Positions 1 to 12,901 of a stretch of 64,000 bases of DNA are shown here, piece by piece (position 1 is the first letter of the stretch; the number at the start of each line of letters is the position of its first letter). The position numbers were made by a program, and so were the translations under genes. The notes beneath the pieces were generated by a model. That model did not search any database. It was not told the origin of the DNA and saw nothing but the letters and a program-made list of their open reading frames with translations. The DNA comes from Tubulanus polymorphus (lineage: Eukaryota; Animalia; Nemertea): positions 7,626,001 through 7,690,000 of the forward strand of contig NC_134031.1 of assembly GCF_964204645.1 (NCBI RefSeq), given 5' to 3'.

Positions 1-1459
1 ACATTTCAATACATATTTAATTCCAAGAACAATTCACTGGGTAATCCCAATCCCAGGTCATATGACAGAGCTGAAAATAATCGAATATCAAGACTATTAG
101 TTTACAGCCTGATATTTTCTTCAAAATACCATTCTCTAGGTATGAACGATAACAAATGAAACTAAGACTTTCACTGACATATCAAACATCTGCATTTTGA
201 AAAATTTAAACTTTAATGAATTAATAAGAGACTGTCAGGTAACTCGTAATCTCAGAACCGCATACTTCAATTTAGGTTATTGATGATGTAAAAACGTCTT
301 TATTCATTACAGCATTCAGAATTTGATAATATACACATTTTATTTGGTTTAGGCATATATTTACAGTCATAAATATGCTCATTATTACGTTTTCCTTGGC
401 CTTATCGTTCTACTCATTCTTGTGCTTGCGCAAACACTATTTGTTCATTCGTATAATGTAACCTGATATTTACCCTTGTGAGATGATTGCACTGACAATA
501 TGAGTGACAATATGACACTTCGCCATTTCACCTGTAAAACTATTTCGTAACCCGATGCGTCGTTGGCCTCACATCAATAATAACTAAGTTGACCGATGAT
601 GGGAATGAAAAAAAAAATCGACTCGCAATCTCACATTTCATATACCGTGTCGCATATTTGTACTTCTGGCTTCATGATACAATGTTATACGAATGGCTTC
701 TACAGACAAGTGACTTTCTATGATTCAATTTTAGAAAAAAACCTATGATTATGAGCTTTTTGATCGTACGATAGTTTTTTGTCTATACAAAAATAAGTGG
801 CTATAAGAGGAATAGTGCCCTGTTATTCTTAAGGTACAGTTCTTAAGACTTAGCTGATTTGATGATAGAAGAAAATCCTTGCAGAATTAATAGCTCTGAT
901 TTTTTTGTAGGGGACCAAGAAAATCAACACAGTATCGCCCAAAACAACTTTATCATGTAACCATGTTACAGCAACTTCAAAAATACAAATAACCTTTAAC
1001 TCAATCTTATGTTCTAAATAATAAGCCTTGCTTGCATAGAATTCTGTCACGGAAATCGTCCCATTAAAAATTATATTTACTCCGATTATTTGAACAAACT
1101 TTCAAGTCTGACACCTACACGACAGCCAGTATTTGAAGAAATTCAATGACAAACTGCTAACGCAAATAAGTGGCCTTTTTTCTTATCAATTACGGGAACA
1201 TTTCGAATAATATCACATATCTCTGTGAGTAAACTTTTGATCAGATCAGTGCATGATCTCAACAGGGACAATGTACTTTTTACCCTGAAGGAGGTAAATA
1301 GGCCGTGGTATACCGGATGTTTTTTCTAATATCTAGGTCTCAGCGGTCAAGGCTAGTGCCGATTGTGCAAATTGTAACTGACTAGTGACATATGATCAAC
1401 ATTATCATTATCTGCGTGGAGGGGCGAAATAATTCAATTAATCACTAAGTTTTGGATGT

Positions 1460-1640
1460 GCTTATTTCCCCGAAAACGGCAGTCGAATTTTCTGTGAATT
1501 GAAGAGGCATTTATCGGCGACGAGAGTAGACTATAGAGATAAACCCATGGTTCTAGGTAAAATTCTGCACTGAGGAAAACCGCCAAAATGTCGCTATGAA
1601 GACGTATAAAAAGATGATGAAAGTTAAATTGCCACTGGCA
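1460..1640 (+). repeat. Dispersed repeat, second copy at ~5470-5652
   Basis: Near-identical GCTTATTTCCCCGAAAA...AAGTTAAATT blocks. Confidence 0.85.
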
Positions 1641-1745
1641 AAGTGGTTTTATCAATCAGAACTAGAGTATAGATGCATCCTCATATAGCTACTTAGTCAG
1701 CATCCTTCATTTCATTTCATAGATAGATATTTTCACTAACCTCAG

Positions 1746-1920
1746 GGGCCGGTTCCATAGACAGGGCTTAGACTTAAGACCGGTCTAAGACAAACTTAGG
1801 TCTATAGAGACTTAAGACCGGTCTAAGACAAACTTAGGTCTATAGCCAATCTAAGAACTTAAGACCAGTCTTAAGGTTTAGACCATTTGTGGTCTTAAGT
1901 CCTGACTATGGAACCGGCCC
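1746..1920. mobile_element. PIF/Harbinger-like MITE, CAG TSD
   Basis: TIR GGGCCGGTTCCATAG/CTATGGAACCGGCCC with CAG on both flanks; internal 38-nt tandem duplication. Confidence 0.8.
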
Positions 1921-2724
1921 CAGAAGTCTTAAGGCCTCAGCACGACAAGCCCATCACCAATGATAAGGTACCTAAGATCATTCATTGATAAATCATACTA
2001 AGATTACTAATCCCAAAACATAAAACACTGGTTATATAGCTGCTAAATGTTCCCCTCCCATCATCACAATCACTTATCGATCTACTGCACGCGGAGATTT
2101 AAATATGCAACATCTTTTTCTTTCATATTCCCTGTTCCTATTACGATGTCATGATGATCAACTAGGTCAATCATAATCGTAATATACGGATCAAGAGGGA
2201 GCAACGGCTCTGAAATTTCGAGTGAGGATTGGGGCAGGTTAGATGTCAACGCCAAGTGCAAATAGAGTAGTATTGGCTGGCGAATCATGCCAGAAAGGCA
2301 CCACTTTGAATTTCTTGTTAGCAAGATGCAGCCTGCACAATTTTTGATGGATTTCCCTCAAATTTGGTCTTTTATTGAAATTATCATTTTATTGAAACAA
2401 TATGAACCTACAATGAGATAATGAGAAAAAACCCTGCCAAGGTGATACACCAACCACATTGCAGGTGTACGAACGTGAAGACAGGTGCAACGTCTAATAA
2501 AACAGGCACAACATCTAAACATCTAATAACGAATATATAAAATAATCTAATAAACTAATAATAGAAAAATTCTCAACAGTGGTTTAAAATGAAATCAGCA
2601 TAGAGATAAAAATTCAACATACCAGGTTTTAACATATCAACATATAGTTTAAGAAAAGTGAACATGGATAAAAACTCGAGATAATGTCCCAAATAGCGCC
2701 CCATACCCTTAACTGTCTGCTTAC

Positions 2725-3059
2725 CCCGGGGAGACATACAAGGCATTGCCACTTCTTTCATGTACCATCGACCTATGATCACGTTTTGATAGTCTATCAT
2801 GTTTTCACCATCTTTTTAAACCTTTTTAATATCGAATGAAATAAGTCTAGACGCCTTCCATACTTAATGAAACATAAAATACCAGCTTAAAATGTGAAAG
2901 ATTACCCACAAGAAGAAAGCTAAGCACGCATACGGAGTTGACCATCAGTCCCGCACCCAAATGTTGTTGAATCACTGCTTTCACCTGGTTGGGCACATAG
3001 ACCGCGGTAACTATTGTCATCACAAAGATACATGCGAGGACAAACGAAAAGCGTTTCGT
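2725..3059 (-). pseudogene. Possible decayed secreted-protein (lipocalin-like) exons
   Basis: ACG-KRFSFVLACIFVMTIVTA signal-like stretch; IDYQNVIIGRWYMKE segment (GxW) ending at a gtaagc donor; a degenerate copy lies near 2090-2170. Confidence 0.3.
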
Positions 3060-6000
3060 GAAAGTAAATAACGATAAATGGTAGATATACCATACTAGCC
3101 GCGAAATAAACAAAAATTTCGCATGATTTCGAAAACATTGGCTTTGTTGTTTTCCCCAGGTCCTTGATGCGAAAATAATGCAATCGGAACAAGTATTCGT
3201 TCGGTTTCTGAAAACCAGATAGCAAAAATAGTGATACAGAGGAATCCCATTCTATATCAATAGCATCGTCTACATGAACTTGATGAAGAAATCACTCTGA
3301 CAATTAGAATGCAGATAAACCCGAATCGCCCTCAATTCACTGAAACCGAATTCAGACAGGAGCACCATATGGACAAATAAGAAATACTTAGACCAATGTC
3401 AAATAAATAGTAGGCATTGTTATATTCGAACTACGAGAAAACCTTGCCCCAATTCAGCTTAACTATTTGAATCGGGAGTCATACAATGCGTTAAAGAATA
3501 AACTTGTCGGGTTTTTAATCGACAATTAACCCAAATGCGCTCAGCATGAAACAAACACGAACCACAACACAGATTTCGATGGTTAGGTTCACGCACCATT
3601 GCGCACAGCAAAACAGGAAACATACCGAAACAAACCTACAGCACTGCTAGTCATATGGAAAGTCATAATTGTATCACATGATCACAAAATTGGTGGTGAT
3701 TATGATCAGTCATGTGATACGCGCACATCACTGATTGGTTTCTGTGGATGGTGTTATGTTTGGCGACACCAACCTGTTGTTGCTTTAAACTCATTAGTAA
3801 GGGATGAGGAGGCAGTTAAAAATTCAAGGTTAAGTCATCATTACCATGCGTGATTGACCGTAGTGTATTCAGTGACGCGGTGTGATTTTTATAGTCTGAA
3901 CAAAAATTTAGATTATAAGCATATTAAGAATAGTCGATAAGCCTTTTTTTACGGTAAAAATAAACAAGAAAAAAGATGTAGAATAAACAAATCGAAAACA
4001 AAATGTTCAGATTTCAGCTTAAAGACAGTTTGCAACAGTTGGTCTCGCAAACTCTCCCAAGGTCGTTCGATACCAGCGCAGATTTTAGACGGAAAAGCCA
4101 TAGAAACCTTCTTTATACCAGTATGTCTTAGGCATAACATTTGAATCTCGAATGCTATCACCTGATTTTCATGGTCATAAATATCAGATAATTGTTGTCT
4201 TGGTAGTCACTTTGGTACGGGTAATTTTTTTATAGTGAGGCAGTTGTTTGTGACTTGTATTTTTAAAACTGTAGACCTCTTGGAAAGAATCTTATCTGCA
4301 ATCATTATCGAGACAATTGATTATCATCGAAAATATCAGGTGAACCTAAAGTGGCACCATGCCAGCATGTTATAATCTTGAGGCATTTAGATACCAGTGT
4401 CTTAATTAGCACTCAAAACTATTTGCCAAGAAGTTCATTCTGGGACAGCCTGTTTGGCTGAAAATTGGTGAAAATCACATTTTTACTCTCTCGAGCTATC
4501 AAGTTTGAGTCAAATTCAAGAAGCGATATACAGTCTGCGCGACACCGATCAGAAATATATAAAATAGTCCAAGTCACACTGATCGACATGGACCTGGTGA
4601 ACTGACTATGGCCTCACAATGTGAAATATTGAGGAAGGTCTACATTGGGGTCATAGGTCATCTCGGGTCACAAATTGCACAACAATTTTATCTGAATGAT
4701 AGCCAAATTCCTTATCACTAATGGCCATATATTGATTTGATTTCAAATCATTAAAAGTCTAGTTATAAAATTAAAAGCTAATGCAGATCATTGATATGAC
4801 TAAAATCCGATTAACTAGTCACTGAGACGAGATTTTAGGCATAGTGAAACTTGATTCCTATAATTGTGAGCCGAGTCTTGGACATAATCCCATTGCGTTC
4901 TCATGAGCCTGTTTTTCTTTTACTGCAAATTTATCTTGTTGGTTTATTCACGCTTGGTATCCCCATGAATATTCATACGGACGTTGAACTAAAAATGACA
5001 GCAGTTACATTCAAAGCAGGTACAGGCAAAATACACGGTGTTACCTATCTCCCTCGGGCACTTTACTAATGCACAAAGACCCAGGACCGAGTGGCGATAC
5101 AAAAGAACTGCAAGAAAAACTATCAGAGAGGTGGGAAACATACCATGATCAGAATTTCCAATTATGTACTTCGAAAAACTATAGGGCCTATAAATTTAAA
5201 CGATCAAACTACTGTATGCATGCGTGTTTTGATGCAGTTGGTTCACACCTCATACGCATTAATTCAAATCGAATCAATCTAACAAATATGAAGAAAAATA
5301 ATCACTATTTCGAGGTAATAAACAAGAAAACTAACTTGTGAGTTTATTGACGCTTTGAATAGTAACACATAGGCCTATTGGTTGATATTCCTAGATATTG
5401 TCGACAATAAATAATAAAAAAAAGTATCAATAAAGATTTGAATATATCAATAATTGAATCGACCAGCAAGCTTATTTCCCCGAAAACCGCAGTCGAATTT
5501 TCCGTGAATTGAAGAGGCATTTATCGGCGATGAGAGTAGACTAGAGATAAACCGATGGAAACCACAGGTTCTAGGTGAAATTCTGCACTGGGGAAAACTG
5601 CCAAAATGTCGCCATGAAAATGTATAAAATGATGATGAAAGTTAAATTTGCCATATATACACACACACACACACATGTATATGTTGTTGAAGCCACAGTA
5701 ATAGCTACCAAATTTCGGGACGTCATGTATGAAATCGCTACCCCAGATATATGACGTAATGCACATCAACTCACCGGAACGCATTTAAATAATGCACGCT
5801 AGGTAAACATAACTACAAAATGGTGTCCTCGTTCACCTCATATCGCTTCATAACATTATTGACTTGTAGACCTATAAGTGGTTATAGTCGAGGTCGGATG
5901 ATGAATGAGTATCGATAATTGCGACATGATAGCGATTTCAACCTTGGCAGAATTTACCTTGACATTATCACAGCGCCGATTCAGAGGCGCAAATATCTCA

Positions 6001-8210
6001 CATGAGCAAAAATCATGAGTCCGCCATTGCGCGCACGCCACTTCTTTCCTTCGCGCAATAATCAATAACCTACGCATTAATAATAACTGCTTGCATTTGG
6101 TTTTTTTTAAATGTGTTTTTGCTGCTACGTCGTCGTTAATAAAAAAAAAAATCTCGAGTGCCTGAATGCATTGAATAAAAGATAAACGATTCTCCTAGAT
6201 AACGTCGAGTAGTTCAAGGATACGCAACATCTCAAGCAAAGGTCATGGTTATTTCGGGGGGGGGGGGGGGAGATCGCTCCTTGTATGACTCATACGTGTA
6301 TAAAAGTTTCCAAGATTTCACGTAGGCCTATACGGCATTGTTTGAAATCGCTCAACGTCGACAAATTTTCATAGCAGGTCTGACCATCCTCAAAGCATAC
6401 TGAAATATTTCCAACACGTATTGAATTGAAATCTAAACTGGTCCTGAAGAAACTGATCTTAGACTAATATCAGAAGCCAAATATCTATTTTTGGAATGGG
6501 TCGCGGTCGTTTGATTATAAATTGAAAGAGCATCAAAAAATAAGAAGCACTTATATTCCTCAAAACAGAACTGTCACGAAAATGGCCTGATTACGTTTTG
6601 ATATTTATACCTTAAATTCATCAAAACATTACTAACACCAGATGGCACTTAGCGCTATTGGTCCAAAAATTCGAAGCGCGTATCGAGCACAAAAGGAAAG
6701 TAGAGAGAACGGTACAAGCCGTGTAAAATAGAATTCTGTTCAGAAAAAGATTTAACCTTTTTCAAACGTTTCAACGGAACTGAGCATCGATCGGCGAATG
6801 TTTCTGCGCGAACTTAAAACTCAACGAAAAGCAAACTCGACGCTTGTTGAACCACGATTGAAAGAATGAAGTTTTCGACAAAAACTAAGATTTCGCAAGC
6901 TAGTAATAGGAGACAGCGATAATTCAAACATTTCTACGTGCGCAATGACTTTTAACAAAATCCATTAAAGAAAAAGAATGCAATGTGACTATCACTCTCC
7001 ATGAAATAAACCACGAGGATCTGCAACATATATCCCTAGAGCAAATTCCACTAAGGTTTCACTTGAAGATAAGCTTACACGCTCAGCCAACAACCAGGCT
7101 TTACTTAACTAGAGATTGAATTACATAGCCAAGTTTTACGTTACTAGCACCAATGAATTGTTGGATTGAAAAATGATTTGTGGAAAAAGATCATAGATCC
7201 CCTAAAAAAACTGCTGGCTTATCGGCTTTTTTAATCAGGCCTGTTGGCCTAGGTTTAAAAATTTTAATATCTTGTATTCCCAGTGGAAATATCGCAAAAA
7301 AATTTGTCTGGCTATAACAATCATCTAACTACAATTTCACCAATTACTCGCCTAAAACAATGCATAAAAGCTTCGAGGCACACTTTCTTTTTTTGATTTA
7401 GCAAAAACACATTTAGGCCTCGAGGCATTATGAGAATTGGAGAAAATTATCAGTAGATTACTCTGGGGTGGATATACACGGGGGAACATGAGGAACACGG
7501 CACGGCGTACTACAGTCAAAATTTTCCGGTCGCCTTTTAAAAAAAGATGGCAAATTTTTCCACCCGAAACTACTAGAAAAGCTATACGCTGCCAGTGACT
7601 TTGGCCTTTCGAAAATATTCTCACTCGAGTGCTAGGATATTTCACTATTTTCTCCCAGTTTTGATTTTGCGTCTTCGGCACTTGCTCCACATGTGTAAGA
7701 TTGCCCTTTTTAACGGGCTCTTCTCATTTCTATGTGCTCACTGTCAAAGTCAACCCCTGGATCCAATTCTTGACTTAAATTTCGATAGGAATATGGTTCT
7801 ATTGAAAATTCTACAGACAGCACCATTGCGACCTGAGCACAGCATTGCAACCTGGAGGAGTCGCTTAACGGTCATCATAATCTTCAAGCATAAGGCGACC
7901 CGAGCGTTCTCAAGTGACAGGTCACTTCTAGATTTATCGTTTCATAGAGTCTAGGTTTAGACCACATGTAATGTTTGGTTTCGTATCATATCAAACCTAT
8001 TTCAATTCCAAAACCTAATCAGGATACGACTAACAGGATTCGTACAGATATGGCCACAAAGAATTCCCTCGTTTTTTCTTGATCAAAATTTCCAAATTCT
8101 CTGATCTACACCTGACCGAATGACTAGGAACTGAATGACTGGTTATAAGGGACACCATTGACAAATTTTGCGGTGGTCTGCGTATTGGATTATTGTTGTC
8201 ACTGACAAAG

Positions 8211-8341
8211 TTAAAGGTCGCATCTTTGCTGCAACAAGTGACTAGGACAGGATGAAAAGAGGGCACATTTTGTGCGAGAAGCGAGCTCAGAAGAAAAGGG
8301 GCATTCCAGGATTCCCTCATTTTCCCGGATATGAACCAAAC
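8211..8341 (-). CDS. Putative secreted-peptide gene, exon 2 (GLVHIRENEGILECPFSSELASRTKCALFSSCPSHLLQQRCDL*)
   Basis: 58-nt intron with a TACTAAA branch-like sequence and pyrimidine-rich catttgtccag acceptor; in phase with exon 1; 4 Cys. Confidence 0.5.
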
Positions 8342-8399
8342 CTGGACAAATGCGAAGCGAACAAGGTTTTGACTATTTAGTAAGATTTTGTCTACTTAC

Positions 8400-8460
8400 C
8401 GATACCGGTGAACATCAAGATGGCTAGTAGCATGACGAGGGCTTTGACGATCAGCCCCAT
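8400..8460 (-). CDS. Putative secreted-peptide gene, exon 1 (signal peptide MGLIVKALVMLLAILMFTGI)
   Basis: ATG at 8460, K followed by a hydrophobic run, phase-1 consensus donor G|GTAAGT. Confidence 0.6.
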
Positions 8461-8511
8461 TCTAAATTTCTACATATAGGCCTATATTCATACATACATT
8501 ATACATGATAA

Positions 8512-8582
8512 ATATATATATATATATATACTATATATATAATAAATATATTACATATATATATATATATATATATTTATAT
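8512..8582. repeat. Imperfect (TA)n microsatellite
   Basis: Seen directly. Confidence 0.9.
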
Positions 8583-9548
8583 GAATAGATCAGTCCTTGC
8601 GCTTTATTTACAAATTCATAACACGTTTAGCGATAATCCAAATCTGAAAATAGAATCGAAGAATCAGGTTAGCTGTCATTGATGAAACATATGTGCGCTC
8701 TAATTCAATTTTGAACTTAAATCGTAAGGACCTGTGCTACCAGCAAGGTGAATGTAAATCAGGTACAACTCAATCAAAATCTCTTCATCTTCAATTAACT
8801 TTCATCTGAACTTTTAGCCTCCCACATAAAACATTCAAGCACTTCATTCTTGAGTTACATTTTATTACTAGATAATTAAATCCGGCCTTGTTGTGCCAAT
8901 CGTAAGACGAAGATACCATGTAGGTCTTCTATCATAAGACAACCCATCCTAATGATTTTTTCAAAGGTTACGAAAACATCCAGATCATAACAGGCCTATG
9001 TCTGTCAGAGTCATTCTAAAATAATCTCAGCTGATTAAATGCACAGCCTAGTAAAATACTTCTGAAACAAACCCTTGGTAATAAAAATTACATTTAGGCA
9101 TATCAACGAACATTCATTCTTTTGTGTTTCATGGTAGCCCTGGTCTTTTTTTAGGAAAGCTGAAAACTAGGCAGGTTTCCATGGACGTATTACAAATCTA
9201 GATTTGAAATGCTCAACTCTCAGATTTACCCGATTCAGGCCCGATGCTATTCCCCAATAGGTTGAGCATATTCTGGTCGATACCAATGACAACTAAAGCC
9301 TATAATGAAAACTGTCCTTCAGAGTTTTGTGGATCCTGATAGGAGCCGCTATCAAATACGAAACTAACTTTATGAGTTAACTTTACAAGCTATCATCCGA
9401 TAGATAGTGTATGCCATGGGCTATCCCGCAGGATGGTGTACTGCACAAGCTATCCCACTATGGCGTGCATGACAACTCCCATCAAAATTAAGTTTATTTC
9501 AAATGAACTTTCATCTGGATTTTTTGGCCTAACTAATCAGAAATTTAA

Positions 9549-9852
9549 AGGTCCAGACACACTGGACGATTTTGTTGATTTTCGCCAGTAAAATCGCCCA
9601 GTGTGTCCGGGCAATCACCATCAGCGATTCAGTCGGCCGACAAAATCGCCCGAATCCAACATGTTGGATTCTGTTGCCGGTGAAAGAATCGCCCAGTGTG
9701 TCTGGCGATCAGTTGCCTCGAGCGCTGTATTAACCAGCTAATCACAGCTCTTCGACGGTTCGAAGGAGGCACTAGCAGCTGGTCATTTCAAAATAAGCGG
9801 CGCTGTTCGCCAATTTCGTCGACCGATGAAATCGCCCAGTGTGTCCGAGGCT
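9549..9852. mobile_element. Harbinger-like MITE
   Basis: Imperfect TIR (GACACACTGG.CGATTT / AAATCGCCCAGTGTGTC), TAA/TTA flanks, internal ATCGCCCAGTGTGTC repeats. Confidence 0.7.
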
Positions 9853-10210
9853 TTAGGCATATTACTTCTCTATTGAAAAAGTTCACGACTGATCTTATGG
9901 TTAGGTAAAACGCTAAATCACCTGAGAATGGATATTAAATGGGATATCAGGAAGGCTACTGAGGGAAGCGAGGACTCAGCGATATTCCGCAAGGACCGCT
10001 AGTGGCACTGGGTTACCGCACTTCAATTTCTTCTTCTAATTTCTTAACGATTAGTTAATCGATTCTCGCTATATGAATACCATGAATACTGAGTGAGAAA
10101 GCATTTAATAATCTTCCGATTTGGCAAAGCCTAAAAATCAAGTTCAAATTTCATTGAAAACGAGCTGATTTTCATTAAATTTACGAATAACCCAGGGCAG
10201 GTCCTATCAG

Positions 10211-10338
10211 GGGCCAGTTGCTCAAAAGTTGTTTAGAGTTAACCAGTGGATAGTTGACATAGTGACAATTAAAGAGTTTATTGGTACTATGGTATCTATC
10301 CACTGGTTATCTTTAGCCAACTTTTGAGCAACTGGCCC
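10211..10338. mobile_element. Foldback Harbinger-like MITE, CAG TSD
   Basis: TIR GGGCCAGTTGCTCAAAAGTTG / CAACTTTTGAGCAACTGGCCC with CAG on both flanks. Confidence 0.85.
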
Positions 10339-12777
10339 CAGAAATTTTAGTCAGCAGTTTAACAACATTCATCATGTGTATATGAACCCCCTCCTGGAAA
10401 AAATCCTAGATCCGCACCAGCAAGTGCAAGGCAGTATTAATTTTTTCTTAGGAACCCACCTGTAGGTGTCCTGTACATAAAAGTGTGTAGTGGTCATCTA
10501 AATTGTTCTTTTCACTACACACAACGGTACTACTACGCTGTACACGCACAAGTTTATCAAACAACGTAAATAAAATCACTCGTCGTCGTCGAAGAATTTT
10601 TTGGGATTTCGATATAAATCCGTTCTCAGACTACTGATCGTTCGGTAAATATGCGCGAAACTGCGCCGGAGATAATCCTGTCGTCAATATCGATAACGTT
10701 ATCGTTCTATATTACTCACAAAACGTCAAATTTGCGAGAAAATCCCAGCTCTCTAAACGGTGCTCACATGTAGGTGAAAGCTGATGTTGTTGTTTTCTGA
10801 TATTTGCATATCTATCGATGGTGGTGCCATCTGTTGTCAATGTTCGTAACTAAAAATCCGGCCCACGATTAGACTGGTTGCCTGTATACGAATGTAGCCG
10901 GCAACCAGTCTAATTGATGGATTCGAAACGCAGTGGACCGAATCTATTGTATTCTTCTTGGTGCACGAAACTTAAAGAAGCCCGAAAATAATGAGTTTCA
11001 ATTATAGGCATTTGTGAAGACTGCCCTTCATAGATTTCCTCTGGGGAACGATGGAAGGGCGATTAGTGTTCGAGACTCCGGGAATGGGGCAAAAAGATTG
11101 TGGGATCGACTTTAACTTCCATTTACAAATTATTCCATGTAGCCTACCCTCATAAATGCAAAATATAAATTTGTAAATGTTCCCACGATAAGATGATAAG
11201 ATGAGCGCACCCTATCATAATTCTTCTAAATTGTCAAAACTGTGTGAAACGCCCCTTGCCAGCATCCGATGACCAGACTCTTGATGACAAATGCCGCGTC
11301 TAGTTCTTCATTGTTTCTAGAGTGGAGGTAACGTGGTATGTTAAAATATGGTACATTGCAATGCCACACGAAAAAATGCCACCAAATTTTGAAACAAGGA
11401 TCAGAGATAGATAAAAATGCAACTTTTTGCATTAGGAAAAATACCACCAGGGAAAAGTAAAGTTTACAAATTTAACCTGCAATAATCTTCAATCATCTTA
11501 TTAATGATCTCTCTCTATTTAATTTCTAATTGATTTTAGTACCCCTTAGTTTGGTACTCCTTAGCTTGCAGTAACTATTTCAATGTGGTATATTCAGGGG
11601 CGGATCAGGGTCCAATTTTGATAGCCTCACCAAAGAAAACGGGCGTTTTTTCAAAAAGAGGAACTACAGGAATCAACCCCAATGCACAGTATGTCCATTG
11701 TTGTATTTTGTAGGAGACCGGACTACAGCGTGATGCCATTTGCATTTAATTTTCTTTGCGCCTTTTTCAACACACCCGTAGACCCTGACAGTTACAAACT
11801 TATCCAGAAAAGGGCACATTCCTGAGTGAAAAATAAGGTTAAAACAGATGCCCTATCTTGCCCATTACAGAAAAAATAAGATTCAATTTTGCAGGTTTTT
11901 TACAGCGAATACCCTTATTCTAATTTGATAATCACCATATTTCTGCATAAGTGTCCTTCAAGGCACATGGGAAATCTTGTAAGGGTTCTTGAAGTATTAC
12001 TTAATTAATTACTTCTTTAGTACTATTTGCTATTAATAACTACTTCTTAAAAGTAATATTAATTACATCATTGATATTACTTAATTAATTACTTCATTTT
12101 CTTCAATTCCGATGCCTTTAATTTTTCTCAACATTATACGTTATTCAGTACACACAACCCTTTTCTCACTTCTGACTGCCCTTTTCCTGAAAAAAACTCA
12201 ATGCATAGGATAGAAATTGGGAAGAACCATTCAGGGCCCTATGGAAACAATCATTCGCGGCACACCCTCGGGAATTTCTGCCTGATAAAATATTTATAAG
12301 TTCATCCAGAACTTTTTCTGCCTTTCCAAAAGGGCATTTCAGATATTTTGAGTGCCTCATGTGAGGTACCCTAAATCCACCACTGATAAAAATGTTTAGT
12401 CTATTCCAAGTTTAGCCTTATCAAATTCATAAGCAGTAATTAATAAATTATACTTTGGATGTGTAAATATTCTGGATTGAAGGGTGTAAATAATCTGGAT
12501 AGACGAGTGAAAATAAACCGCATCATCTTTTAATAGCAACCTTTGTTTAAACCGTTGAATAAAACATTGGTAGCATTTTCCAACAGTCATTTTCCATGGC
12601 AGCATTTTTTCCTTCATTCGGGTCACAAGATCCTTAACAATACTTGGTGCCAGTTATCCCTAGTTGTTGAAGGGCATTCATTTCCTATATGGTTTTTTCC
12701 TGCGTGGAATAGTACAAACTTGTTCTTCGACTTGAAGCGAAATAAAAGACAACAAAATATTTCCAATCAATTGTTTT

Positions 12778-12783
12778 TTTATT
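12778..12783 (-). terminator. Candidate poly(A) signal of XAB2
   Basis: AATAAA on the minus strand ~57 nt after the stop; AT-rich context, so it could be chance. Confidence 0.4.
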
Positions 12784-12839
12784 TTTCTATAAGGCAATTC
12801 ATTACCAAATATGTTATTAAAGTCCCCAATTTGTTGTTT

Positions 12840-12901
12840 TCAGTCGTCATCTTCATCGTCCTTCTTCAGTGACCCATAAACAGCAGATGGAACTGCAACC
12901 T
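12840..12901 (-). CDS. XAB2: XAB2 exon 20 (EVAVPSAVYGSLKKDDEDDD*)
   Basis: tttcag acceptor; VPSAVYGSLK corresponds to human VPAAVFGSLK; TGA at 12842-12840. Confidence 0.9.

Noticed and set aside
8431-8460. Hammerhead-like TGACGAGGGCT...AGCCC
   Set aside because: No GAAA; better explained as the antisense of the signal-peptide exon.
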